Assembly (NCBI GenBank): GCA_947085205.1
Contig: CAMTVO010000002.1
Location: 1-37,373 of the forward strand
Direction of reading: 5' to 3'
DNA: 37,373 nucleotides
DNA from: an uncultured Nitrospiraceae bacterium
Lineage (GTDB): Bacteria; Nitrospirota; Thermodesulfovibrionia; Thermodesulfovibrionales; Dissulfurispiraceae
In this document: positions 9,889 to 18,831 of the stretch, one piece after another
How the letters are laid out: every line of letters begins with the position of its first letter
Numbering within the stretch: position 1 is the stretch's first letter
The notes under the pieces: generated by a model
What the model saw: the letters and a program-made list of their open reading frames with translations, nothing else
Databases searched by the model: none
Told to the model about the DNA's origin: nothing
Translations under genes and position numbers: made by a program

Positions 9889-9900
9889 CTCGCAATGACA
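9889..9900. repeat. Orphan right half of a REP-like element (CTCGCAATGACA)
   Basis: Identical to the right end of the palindromic element inside flaG (16885-16896). Confidence 0.5.
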
Positions 9901-9979
9901 CAGTGTTGAACCTTGAGTAAATCTGCTATACTCTTAATAAAAGGCAGGGGCATGGGTGTGTTATAATGCCTGTTTCCAA

Positions 9980-10732
9980 ATGGAAATCATGACAGACAAA
10001 GAAATAATAGATAAGCTGCTTAACGGCGCATCTTTAAGGACATTTATGATACCCGATGAGGCAATACCATCAAACTATCCAGAGCATATAGAGACCTATG
10101 ATCTGCCTCATGTAATTATAAATGGAGAGTATTTCTGGGCAAAATCTGAAACAAGGCATTTAATCCATACATTGGGCAGTTTAGATACAGGCATTGTAGC
10201 TTTTTGCTATACCAATATTGATAATATTTTTGGTAGTTACAATCCAGATACGAATGGCATTAGATTTATGAATAAAAAACGCTATAAAAAACATGTATGG
10301 TCATTAAAAGGAGATTATAGGTTAATATGGGATTCTGAAAAAGATGACTCAACAGAATATATAAAAAAAGCGATAGAATCATGTTCAAAATTTAAGATTG
10401 CTATGCTGGATTCTGAAGACATCTGGAATATTCATCCTGTAGATTTGCCCATGTATTATACTCGCGAAGGGATTTCTGAATTTAAAACAGTGAGCGATTT
10501 CTACCCTATTCTTTTCAGGTACCCCCACGAAATAAAAAAACTTATTGATCAATTCTCTGATTTTTTTAGTGCGGAATCTGCCAATAAATCAAAAGTTTTA
10601 CGATTTGAATATCAAAAATTCCCTACATTCTATTCTATCCGCTCAGATGGAACTTATTATAACGGCTTTGATATTCCAAGGAAAACTACTCAAAAATACA
10701 AGAGATTAAAGGTTTTTGTGGATAATGTTTAA
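9980..10732 (+). CDS. Hypothetical protein (~250 aa)
   Basis: Long AT-rich ORF with no recognisable motif. An extended -10 TGtTATAAT at 9959-9967 favours ATG 9980 or 9989 over GTG 9956. Confidence 0.65.
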   Translation: MEIMTDKEIIDKLLNGASLRTFMIPDEAIPSNYPEHIETYDLPHVIINGEYFWAKSETRHLIHTLGSLDTGIVAFCYTNIDNIFGSYNPDTNGIRFMNKKRYKKHVWSLKGDYRLIWDSEKDDSTEYIKKAIESCSKFKIAMLDSEDIWNIHPVDLPMYYTREGISEFKTVSDFYPILFRYPHEIKKLIDQFSDFFSAESANKSKVLRFEYQKFPTFYSIRSDGTYYNGFDIPRKTTQKYKRLKVFVDNV

Positions 10733-10746
10733 TATAGGAGAATACA

Positions 10747-11316
10747 ATGTCTGAAACAAATATTGAATATGAGGCAAATTATAAGTCAGCCCTGTCATAT
10801 TTAAAACTGTCTTTAAAAGAGCAGGCGATTGATTGCCTTAACAGGGCATATTCACAGGTTCCCGCCGGGCATAAGACCGGAGATAATATTATTTATCTCG
10901 ATATGCTCGACAGTCTTGCGATACTTTATCTGGAAAAAGGAGACAGGGAAAAGACAAAATCCTTTGTTGAGGAAGGTCTTGCCGTTAAGAATAATCACAC
11001 TGATTTGTTGTTTCTGAAATCACTCCTGCTGATGGATGAAATGAGATACGACGAGATGCTTGAAGCCATTATCCACTTTTTCCTTTCTATTTCCGAGGGG
11101 GATGCATTGCTTTATAATTATAAATATGTCCACGAAGGCGTTTTCAAAGAGATTTACGATAACCTCCTTCCTACTGCTTATAAATATGCCTTTGAATATA
11201 GGGCAATACGGGATGTAGTCGAAAAATTGCTCAAAGCCGCGAATAATGAATGGCTCAAAAAAGCCTGTGATATTATGGCAAAAATCGACAGTATGCGGCA
11301 GGAAAAGGAGAGTTAA
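10747..11316 (+). CDS. Tetratricopeptide-repeat protein
   Basis: Helical TPR-like patterns (ALSYLK...AIDCLNRAY; LAILYLEKGDREK...EEGL); AGGAG SD. Confidence 0.75.
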   Translation: MSETNIEYEANYKSALSYLKLSLKEQAIDCLNRAYSQVPAGHKTGDNIIYLDMLDSLAILYLEKGDREKTKSFVEEGLAVKNNHTDLLFLKSLLLMDEMRYDEMLEAIIHFFLSISEGDALLYNYKYVHEGVFKEIYDNLLPTAYKYAFEYRAIRDVVEKLLKAANNEWLKKACDIMAKIDSMRQEKES

Positions 11317-11322
11317 GGAAGA

Positions 11323-12513
11323 TTGGTGAAAAGAATAATACTTCCGATAGCGGAGAGGGAATATCATGCCACAATGGGACGGCTTTCGTATCTGATTAAA
11401 TCATTGACTGCAAGTTTCTCGGTTGAGGTTTTTACAAACTCAAAAGATGTTTATGAGGATGCAGGCAAAAGGCTTGCAGATTGCAAGAATGTAAGCATAA
11501 GGCTTTTTGAGCCTAAATTTCTGCCCCTGTCTTTTTCTTACAGAGACGACCTTGCGAAGATATTTGTTAAATATACAAAAGATATTTTAATACCCGGCGC
11601 CGATTTAAATATATGGAAGACTGCCGCATTCGACGACTTCTGGGGACATGTCTCCAATATTGCATATCCTGATTTGACAGAAATCAAGACAGACGCAGTT
11701 CTTTTGCCGCTGCTGTCTTTCGACGATATGCCTACAGAGGAGATTGATGTCTTTTATACATCCATAGCATTTATGGCAAAGGACGCGGGAATTAAGGTTG
11801 TCGGCTATCAGATTTATCCTGTGTTTAATATACTGAAGCTCATGCCGAGACTGATGGACGGGCTTGCTGTTAGGACGGAATATGAAAGGGATTTTTTTCT
11901 GGAGATGGGCATATCGCCTGAAAGAATACATCTGCTTACTGACAGAAGAGATATTTACTCGATGTCAACCATTGAAGATACTTATAAAAATCATATCTAT
12001 AACTCTCAGATTGAAATAAGCCGTAATGAATTAGGGATAGTTGTATGTAATCATCAAAAATTTAGACCTGTATTAAAAGAGATATTTGATGTTATCGGCA
12101 AAGCCGATGTCCCCAATGTATTGTCATTATTAAAACGGCAGTTCACAGTGAGGGAATTGGCGGAAGATGAGATAATGGAGGGGATATATTTTGATGCCAT
12201 AAGAAAGATTACAAATAAATTTTATGCGGTAGAACCTCAGAGTCTTGTCCCGATTGCCATGATATCTGATGTTATTATCTCGCCTACATATATAACTCCG
12301 CTGGAGTTTGCCGTTAAGCATGGCAAAATGGCATTGGTGTTTAACCCGCTATTATATGCCGAAATGTTCGAGGTTAACGGGGTCGCTTTTGTAAATAATT
12401 CCGACGATTTGCTCTCACTCTTGAAAAAGGCATACGATAATAAGAAAAGATTGGTCGGCATGAAGGATATAGTAAATTCAGTTTTGAGGCAGACACACAT
12501 CTGTCCAAAATAA
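11323..12513 (+). CDS. Hypothetical protein, possibly divergent GT-B fold
   Basis: C-terminal SDVIISP...LEFAVKHGKMALVF resembles GT-B C-domains and the GT-B part of the next gene; glycan island context. Confidence 0.65.
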   Translation: MVKRIILPIAEREYHATMGRLSYLIKSLTASFSVEVFTNSKDVYEDAGKRLADCKNVSIRLFEPKFLPLSFSYRDDLAKIFVKYTKDILIPGADLNIWKTAAFDDFWGHVSNIAYPDLTEIKTDAVLLPLLSFDDMPTEEIDVFYTSIAFMAKDAGIKVVGYQIYPVFNILKLMPRLMDGLAVRTEYERDFFLEMGISPERIHLLTDRRDIYSMSTIEDTYKNHIYNSQIEISRNELGIVVCNHQKFRPVLKEIFDVIGKADVPNVLSLLKRQFTVRELAEDEIMEGIYFDAIRKITNKFYAVEPQSLVPIAMISDVIISPTYITPLEFAVKHGKMALVFNPLLYAEMFEVNGVAFVNNSDDLLSLLKKAYDNKKRLVGMKDIVNSVLRQTHICPK

Positions 12514-12559
12514 GATTTCTTGGACAGCATATGAGAAATCGGAGTCAATATCAATTATC

Positions 12560-12746
12560 TGTCATTGTCCGACTTGATCGGACAATCCAGAAAAAAGGAA
12601 CTGGATTCCGTCCTCCGACTTGATCGGGGGATTAAGCATGCCCTCTGGATTCCCCGATTAAATCGGGGAATGACAAGGGGGTCGGGGAATGACACATGCC
12701 CTCTGACCCCCGATCGCAGTCGAGGGCAGGCAAGTGCGGAATGACA
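12560..12746. repeat. Cluster of nested REP-like palindromes (GTCATT...AATCCAG / CTGGATT...AATGAC family)
   Basis: Units GTCATTGTCCGACTTGATCGGACAATCCAG and CTGGATTCCCCGATTAAATCGGGGAATGAC. 12630-12676 matches the reverse complement of 29260-29306 at 46/47 nt. Confidence 0.85.
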
Positions 12747-12761
12747 TTGCAGGAGTAAGGA

Positions 12762-14762
12762 ATGAGTTTAAAAGGTAAAAAAATAGTATGTTTTCTGGCG
12801 CTTCCGCACCACACGAGATTTTTTATCCCATTAAGGGATGAGATAAAGAGGCAGGGCGGCGAAATATTATTTTTTGTCACCCTTTCGGAATATCCCTATG
12901 AGCTTGATTTAACAAAAAGAAAGCTGCCGTTTAGATATTTTACCGACTATATGACGCCGGAACTGAGGCGCAAGATTAACGACTCAACGGCAAAATTGCT
13001 GGATAGATGGGCGAAAGACTGTTTTAAGTGGGATGGATTCAGCAGATGGCCGGTATTCAAGCAAAGCTGGTTTTTTGAGGCGATAGTTGAAGAGTATTTC
13101 TGTGTCGAGCGCTTTATGGAGATTGAAAAGCCCGACCTGATTATGGCGCATCACGAATGTAACAGGTGGGGTCAGGCTATAGGACATCTTGCTTATAAGA
13201 AATCCATTCCGTTTGTGACATTTCAAGAAGGCGACTATCACGGCGATTATATAGGACATACCATACATACGCAATATTCTATTACCGATATGTTATGGGG
13301 AGAGAGGACAAGGGATGTCTTAAAAAGCTATAAATGCTCGATGGATAAAATAGTCGTAATAGGAAACACACATATTGAAAGCGCGGTTAAGACTTATTCC
13401 ACTCCTCAAACTATAAGGGATGTCAAAAAAGAACTCGGGATTCCGCGCGGTAAAAAGGTCATTCTTTTTCTAATTGACATTAAATATGCCGGTGTAGCTA
13501 AGAAAGAGAAGTGGGAGCAGTTCCTTAATGGACTTGATAAATTGGATAAAGAGGCTGTATTGATATTTAAATGGCACCCGAGTATTCTGAGGAATGCTTA
13601 TGAGGATATAAAAGCCATATTTAAGGAACTCTATCCATTCGCTGTTCTTCTCGATAATTACGAGTCTTATAAATTGCTTGCAATATCCGATTATTGTGTA
13701 ACTCTGGGCAAAACTACCCTTGCCATTGAAGCCCTTGCATTCGGCAAGCCCTTATTTGCCTTTCCATCTCCCGACACATTCGAAGATTATTATGTAAACA
13801 TAGGGGTTGCGCAGAGCCTTTTCCCATACGGAAACTGGGCAAATCTTTTCAATACAATGAAGCATGGAGTTCCTTCAGATATAAGGCAAAATGTAGAAAA
13901 ATACCTCGAACATTATTTTTACAAACTTGACGGCAAGTCGGTTGAAAGAGCGATTAGTGTAATGAACTATGTGCTTGAGTGCAGACAATACAAGGCAAAG
14001 GGTAAAGGGCAAAAGGCAAAGGGCAAAGAAAAGGAATATGTTACCGGGCGGGTGAGTTTTGTTATGCCCTCTGGTAGCGATTCAGAGGCACTGCTTGCAA
14101 CGCTCACATCCATTTCTCAGAATGTTAAATACCCGGACTGGGAAGTCGTGCTCGTGATAAACGATGAAAATATCAAAGAAACGCTTTCCGGCATCTCAGG
14201 CGATGTAAGGGTTGTGGAAGCGGAGGGTAATAATCTGTCTATTCTCTATAACAAAGGCGCAGAAGCATCTACAGGCGAATATTTGATTTTTATTAAACCC
14301 GGAATTGTCTACTTTAAAGACGAGGGATTAATTGATGCGGTCAAAGACGGCATAGCCGGCACGCCATTGAGAAATCCTGACATGACGCCATATTGCCTGG
14401 GGATAGGGTATGATTTCAATTTTGCCCCTTATAAAATCAAGGACAAAAACATAGAACCTGAAGCTGTCGGTGGGGGTTTCATTGCTATGATGCAAGATGT
14501 CTTTGAGTCAACGGGCGGGTTTGATGAGGAAATTGCAAACCACCTTATAGACACGGATATGTGTCTTAGGGCAAATGAATTAGATATTCCAATAAAGTAT
14601 GTTTCCCAGTGCCTTATGGTTAATTATAAGGAAACTTTCTATGGTGAAGATATCTCGGATGAAAACTGGGAAAACAGGGTGAAGTTTTTTGCAAAATGGT
14701 GCGGCAAACTGCCGAAGGATGATGATTTTGTAAGATTTGCCGGGGATTTGCTGAAGGTGTAA
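12762..14762 (+). CDS. Two-domain glycosyltransferase-like protein (N-terminal GT-B-like, C-terminal GT2-like); candidate flagellin glycosyltransferase
   Basis: IFKWHP...EALAFGKP (GT-B) followed by VSFVMP...NKGAEASTGEYLIF...GGFDE (GT2-like). Last gene before fliC. Confidence 0.75.
   Translation: MSLKGKKIVCFLALPHHTRFFIPLRDEIKRQGGEILFFVTLSEYPYELDLTKRKLPFRYFTDYMTPELRRKINDSTAKLLDRWAKDCFKWDGFSRWPVFKQSWFFEAIVEEYFCVERFMEIEKPDLIMAHHECNRWGQAIGHLAYKKSIPFVTFQEGDYHGDYIGHTIHTQYSITDMLWGERTRDVLKSYKCSMDKIVVIGNTHIESAVKTYSTPQTIRDVKKELGIPRGKKVILFLIDIKYAGVAKKEKWEQFLNGLDKLDKEAVLIFKWHPSILRNAYEDIKAIFKELYPFAVLLDNYESYKLLAISDYCVTLGKTTLAIEALAFGKPLFAFPSPDTFEDYYVNIGVAQSLFPYGNWANLFNTMKHGVPSDIRQNVEKYLEHYFYKLDGKSVERAISVMNYVLECRQYKAKGKGQKAKGKEKEYVTGRVSFVMPSGSDSEALLATLTSISQNVKYPDWEVVLVINDENIKETLSGISGDVRVVEAEGNNLSILYNKGAEASTGEYLIFIKPGIVYFKDEGLIDAVKDGIAGTPLRNPDMTPYCLGIGYDFNFAPYKIKDKNIEPEAVGGGFIAMMQDVFESTGGFDEEIANHLIDTDMCLRANELDIPIKYVSQCLMVNYKETFYGEDISDENWENRVKFFAKWCGKLPKDDDFVRFAGDLLKV
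13993..14027 (+). repeat. 5 x 7-nt tandem repeat (RGGYAAA) in an interdomain linker
   Basis: aggcaaa gggtaaa gggcaaa aggcaaa gggcaaa, encoding KAKGKGQKAKGK. Confidence 0.8.
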
Positions 14763-14826
14763 CATTTTTATACAGCATTTTAACATTAAATTTGCCTGAC
14801 ATATGTTTTTTGATAATTATTTAGAC

Positions 14827-14853
14827 TAAAGTTTTTTAAATTCCCTCCGATAA
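14827..14853 (+). promoter_or_regulatory. Sigma28 (FliA) promoter of flagellin
   Basis: TAAA-N15-TCCGATAA versus consensus TAAA-N15-GCCGATAA, ~140 nt upstream of fliC. Confidence 0.88.
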
Positions 14854-14870
14854 AATAGACAGCAGTGGAA

Positions 14871-14990
14871 GGCGGGATAGCCAATGCGGAAAAAGGAGGT
14901 GATTAAAAAACAGTCACTAAAAACGCATGACGCTGAATGCTGAACGCTAAAAAAGGGCAGGAAGCCCGAAAAACAAAAATTCAAGGAGGA
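14871..14990 (+). promoter_or_regulatory. Putative CsrA-binding GGA hairpins in the fliC leader
   Basis: GGC-GGGATA-GCC (14871-14882), GGGC-AGGAA-GCCC (14955-14967) and GGA in the SD (14983-14990). Confidence 0.6.
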
Positions 14991-14994
14991 AAAA

Positions 14995-16524
14995 ATGGCT
15001 CTCTCAATTAACACAAACCTATATGCTCTGAATGCTCAGAGAAATCTGAGGAAATCAGAATCGCCTCTTGCACAGGCAATGCAGAGGCTCTCATCCACAC
15101 TAAGAATCAACTCAGCAAAGGACGATGCAGCAGGTCTTGCAATTGCAACAAGAATGACCACACAGGTTAACGGTCTTGCTGTTGCCATGAGAAACGCCAA
15201 TAATGGTGTTTCATTCTCACAGACTGCTGAAGGCGCCATGGATGAAATGATCAACTCTCTGCAAAGGATTTATGAACTCGCTAATCAGTCGGCAAGTTAT
15301 AACACATCGGCTGACAGAAGCTCTATGAACCAGGAAGTCCGGCAGCTCGTTTCAGAATTAAACAGAATAGTTGCCCAGACAAGGTACAACGGCGAGAAGT
15401 TCCTTAATCAGGCATTCTCTATCAGCCTCCAGGTCGGCACTGAGGTCAACGAGATAATATCGCTGTCTACCCAAAAGGTTTCTCCTGACAGTTTCGGAGT
15501 TCAGTCAACGAGGGCTGATTTTGACGACACATCTACAAACAGGAATGCAATAGCGAGCGCTGTAGCTGGAATGACACTGCGCGCTCTAAGCGGGTTGGAA
15601 AATGCTGCTGCACTTGCCGGTGTTGACCTTGGGGCCGCGATAAGCTACACGGATACTGCAAATAATTCGCAGGTGATTATCAACCGTATAAACGAGTATA
15701 CAAGCTCACACGGCGTAACAGCATTCTCCTTTGGTAATACGTATGTTGCAACCAACGCAATGGTAAGCTCCGGTGGTGTAGCAAATGCCGGCTATTTAAC
15801 TATTAACGGTGTCTCGATAGGTTCTACAACGACATTCGCTTCGAGTGCCGGCGGGACAGCAGCCGGTCTGGTGAGTGCAATCAACGATAAAACAACATCA
15901 ACAGGTGTTTATGCGGTGCTTTTGGGTAGTGCTGATACCGGTACAGCCGGTAAGTATAGCATTTCTCTGGTTAATACATCTGGCGCTGCAATCACCGTGT
16001 CTGTAGCTACAGCAAATGCAGGAACTGCAAGCGCTCTTGCCGCCTACTTCGGCACATCCGGAGGCAGTATATCGGCAGGGCAGAATGGTCAGGTAACCTT
16101 CAGCACCCCGCTGGGTACATCCTCAAGAACTACCGAAGGCGCAAGTACTACTCTGGCATTGGGCTTTGGTTCGGCCGCAGCAACTATTTCAATCTCAAAC
16201 AGGCAGTCGGCTAATGATGTGACTGTTACTACTGCAGGCAATGCAAATCTTGCAATACTTTCGGTAAAGCAGAGCCTTGATACCATCAACACTGAAAAGT
16301 CAAAGCTCGGCGCAACTCTCAACAGGCTTGAGTCAACCTTAAAGAACCTTGACAATGTCCGTGAGAACATCACAGCAGCGCGTTCGAGAATCATGGATGC
16401 AAACTTTGCAGAGGAGACGGCAAACCTGACAAGGGCTATGATAATGCAGCAGGCAGGTATATCGGTGCTTGCACAGGCTAATACATTGCCTCAGCAGATT
16501 CTTGCGCTTCTGGGCGGCAGGTAG
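14995..16524 (+). CDS. fliC: Flagellin
   Basis: MALSINTN...RLSSTLRINSAKDDAAGLAIA N-terminus; SRIMDANFAEE...QANTLPQQILALL C-terminus; Ser/Thr/Ala-rich central region. Confidence 0.97.
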   Translation: MALSINTNLYALNAQRNLRKSESPLAQAMQRLSSTLRINSAKDDAAGLAIATRMTTQVNGLAVAMRNANNGVSFSQTAEGAMDEMINSLQRIYELANQSASYNTSADRSSMNQEVRQLVSELNRIVAQTRYNGEKFLNQAFSISLQVGTEVNEIISLSTQKVSPDSFGVQSTRADFDDTSTNRNAIASAVAGMTLRALSGLENAAALAGVDLGAAISYTDTANNSQVIINRINEYTSSHGVTAFSFGNTYVATNAMVSSGGVANAGYLTINGVSIGSTTTFASSAGGTAAGLVSAINDKTTSTGVYAVLLGSADTGTAGKYSISLVNTSGAAITVSVATANAGTASALAAYFGTSGGSISAGQNGQVTFSTPLGTSSRTTEGASTTLALGFGSAAATISISNRQSANDVTVTTAGNANLAILSVKQSLDTINTEKSKLGATLNRLESTLKNLDNVRENITAARSRIMDANFAEETANLTRAMIMQQAGISVLAQANTLPQQILALLGGR

Positions 16525-16532
16525 GAAAGACA

Positions 16533-16567
16533 GTAATGCGTAATGCGTGAAGCGTTATACGTTACAG
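16533..16567 (+). repeat. Degenerate 7-nt tandem array after fliC
   Basis: gtaatgc gtaatgc gtgaagc gttatac gttacag. Confidence 0.55.
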
Positions 16568-16583
16568 AAGTTGTAATAACAAT

Positions 16584-16619
16584 TATGGGCGGGCCTCCAT
16601 ATTTGGGGGTCCGCCCATA
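16584..16619 (+). terminator. 16-bp hairpin downstream of fliC (terminator or mRNA-stabilising stem)
   Basis: TATGGGCGGGCCTCCA-TATT-TGGGGGTCCGCCCATA; no U-tract on the + strand. Confidence 0.65.
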
Positions 16620-16709
16620 TAAAAACAGAGGGAACAAGTTATTGGTTTTATGATAAAGTAGTACGGATGATTTTGTAGGAATAACAGAAAGTTTGCCGGT
16701 GTAAATAAA

Positions 16710-17108
16710 GTGAAGATAGAAAGTATAATGCAGAATATAAATATACCTTCTATTAAAGGACAGGCAGAAAACGCCGCGCCTGTTATTGCGAGGAATCCTG
16801 AGCCTGCCGAAGGGCAGAAGCAATCTCAAGACAGATTAGGAAAAGGCTCTGCAATCTCAAAAGACGAGATTGCCACGCCTTTGGCTCGCAATGACAGGAT
16901 AAAGGATAAAAATAAACAGGTCGAAATGCCTAAGAACAGCCTGTTTGATTTAAAGGCCGTATTTGCCATCGATAGAGACAAAAATGTTGTAATCAGGTTT
17001 TTGGATAAAAAGGGGGAAATAGTAAAGCAAATCCCGCCTGAGGAATACATAAATATGGTAAAAAAATTCAGAGAGAGCGTGGAAAATATTTTCAGCAAAA
17101 AGGTGTGA
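16710..17108 (+). CDS. flaG: FlaG-family flagellar protein
   Basis: C-terminal FAIDRDKNVVIRFLDKKGEIVKQIPPEE...FSKKV; lies between fliC and fliD. Confidence 0.88.
   Translation: MKIESIMQNINIPSIKGQAENAAPVIARNPEPAEGQKQSQDRLGKGSAISKDEIATPLARNDRIKDKNKQVEMPKNSLFDLKAVFAIDRDKNVVIRFLDKKGEIVKQIPPEEYINMVKKFRESVENIFSKKV
16779..16898. repeat. 120-nt composite palindromic element inserted in frame in flaG
   Basis: CCTGTTATTGCGAG ... CTCGCAATGACAGG ends (13/14 complementary), internal GCAATCTC/GAGATTGC pair, nested CCTGAGCCTGCCGAAGG. Confidence 0.8.
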
Positions 17109-17121
17109 AGCGAGGTAAAAG

Positions 17122-18831
17122 ATGGCTATTAATCCTTTAGGAAGTTCGGGTGCGGGTCTTGATACAAATGCTATAGTTAAGCAGCTTATGGAGGTCGAAA
17201 GGCAGCCTCTGCTTAAGCTTAAGCAAAAAGAGGCAGGCTATCAGGCAAAGATAAGCGCCTATGCAGCATTGTTGAGCAGCGTGTCAAGCTTTAAAAGCGT
17301 TGTTACTGCATTGAAGGACTCAAGTCTTATAGGCATGAAGGCAACAGTGTCGGATGCCAGTTATATGACTGCCACTGCTTCGAGCACAGCCACAGCAGGG
17401 ACATATACAATGAAGATAGGCTCTCTTGCTGCTGCACAGAGCCTATCATCTCTCAGATTCGGCTCTCAAACAATGAAAGTTGCCGATCTGTCTGTAAATA
17501 CCACCCAGAAGATCAAGATTCAGGTGGGCAGCAGTACAGCAAAGGAAATAACGATTGATTCAACTAATAACACTCTTTCAGGAATAAAGGATGCCATTAA
17601 CTCCGCAAGCGCAGGCGTTACTGCTTCCATTGTCAAAGAAAACAGCAGTTTTGTTATAGATGCCAATAACAATACCATCATATTCAATGACGGCACAGCA
17701 GACAGGACAGCAACCATAGCATCAGGAACCTATACCAGCAGTCAGCTTGCCTCGGCAGTCCGGACAGCATTAAATTCAGCTCCAGGAACTACTAATACAT
17801 TTGCTGTGGAATATGATACTACTCTAAGCAAATTTAAGATTACCAACACCGCTGTACCCAATGTCGATATTTTGTGGGGAAGCGCTTCGACAACCGCAGA
17901 GCAACTCTTAGGTTTTGACCCTACAACTGATACTGTTAATGCCGCATCATCAACAACAGGCGATAATGCTGTTGATGGGACATATAAACTTACACTTGCC
18001 TCAAATACAACAGGCGCATCAAATACGATTTCTTTATTGGTCGATGAGAATAATGACGGAATATACGGCGGCGCTGGCGAGACAGATACTGTAGGGCTTT
18101 CAAGCATCGCATCCGGCAATATGGCAACAACACAGGCGGCAGCGGACGCAAGCCTTACGGTTAATGGTTTAACTGTTGTAAGGTCAAGCAATACTATTAC
18201 GGATGTTATTACCGGTGTTACCTTAAGCCTCGTAAAGAAGAGCGACCTAACCGAGTTTACTCTTACTGTTGGGAAGGACTCCAGCGCATTGATAAACAAA
18301 TTGAATTCCTTTGTGTCATCTTACAATCAGGTAATGAGCACAATAAAAAGCCTTAGGGGTGATGCAACGACAAGGGGTATTTTAAGTGGTGACACAACCT
18401 CATCAGGCTTGCAGAACTCTCTGCGCACTCTGATAACTGCAACATATAACAATACAAACCTTTCATTGTTAGGGCTGTCACATGATAAAAACGGCGTTTT
18501 AAGCCTTAACAGTTCTACGCTGGACAGCGCTATTTCGAGCAATCAGGCTAATACAATTACGGCAATAAATACTATGGCAGCATCTCTGGAAACATCTTTA
18601 AGCGGTTATATAAATACAATAATACCTGCAAGGAAAGATGGGTATCAGGAAACGATAAAGAATATACAGAAAAGCGGAGAGAATCTGGAGAGAAGGCTGC
18701 AACTTACGGAAGCAGCCCTGAAAAAGAGGTTTATCGCCCTCGATAGACTACTGAACCAGCTTCAAGGAGCAAGCAATTATTTAACCCAGCAGATGGATAT
18801 GCTCTCAAAATCTTTCGGAGGTAGGAAATAA
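17122..18831 (+). CDS. fliD: Flagellar filament cap protein
   Basis: GLDTNAIVKQLMEVERQP N-terminus; NTITDVITGVTLSL; FIALDRLLNQLQGASNYL C-terminus. Confidence 0.95.
   Translation: MAINPLGSSGAGLDTNAIVKQLMEVERQPLLKLKQKEAGYQAKISAYAALLSSVSSFKSVVTALKDSSLIGMKATVSDASYMTATASSTATAGTYTMKIGSLAAAQSLSSLRFGSQTMKVADLSVNTTQKIKIQVGSSTAKEITIDSTNNTLSGIKDAINSASAGVTASIVKENSSFVIDANNNTIIFNDGTADRTATIASGTYTSSQLASAVRTALNSAPGTTNTFAVEYDTTLSKFKITNTAVPNVDILWGSASTTAEQLLGFDPTTDTVNAASSTTGDNAVDGTYKLTLASNTTGASNTISLLVDENNDGIYGGAGETDTVGLSSIASGNMATTQAAADASLTVNGLTVVRSSNTITDVITGVTLSLVKKSDLTEFTLTVGKDSSALINKLNSFVSSYNQVMSTIKSLRGDATTRGILSGDTTSSGLQNSLRTLITATYNNTNLSLLGLSHDKNGVLSLNSSTLDSAISSNQANTITAINTMAASLETSLSGYINTIIPARKDGYQETIKNIQKSGENLERRLQLTEAALKKRFIALDRLLNQLQGASNYLTQQMDMLSKSFGGRK

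Noticed and set aside
12560..12746. CRISPR array (also considered for 29121-29317)
   Set aside because: Units are nested, inverted and irregularly spaced, with no unique spacers and no cas genes.
12632..12880. ORF ending LSFPDLIGESRGHA, and 29062..29304 ending LSFPDLIGESRGQA
   Set aside because: The shared peptide is simply the translation of the REP composite.
16676..16702. Second sigma28 promoter for flaG (TAGG-N15-GCCGGTGT)
   Set aside because: Poor match at both boxes and leaves almost no leader.
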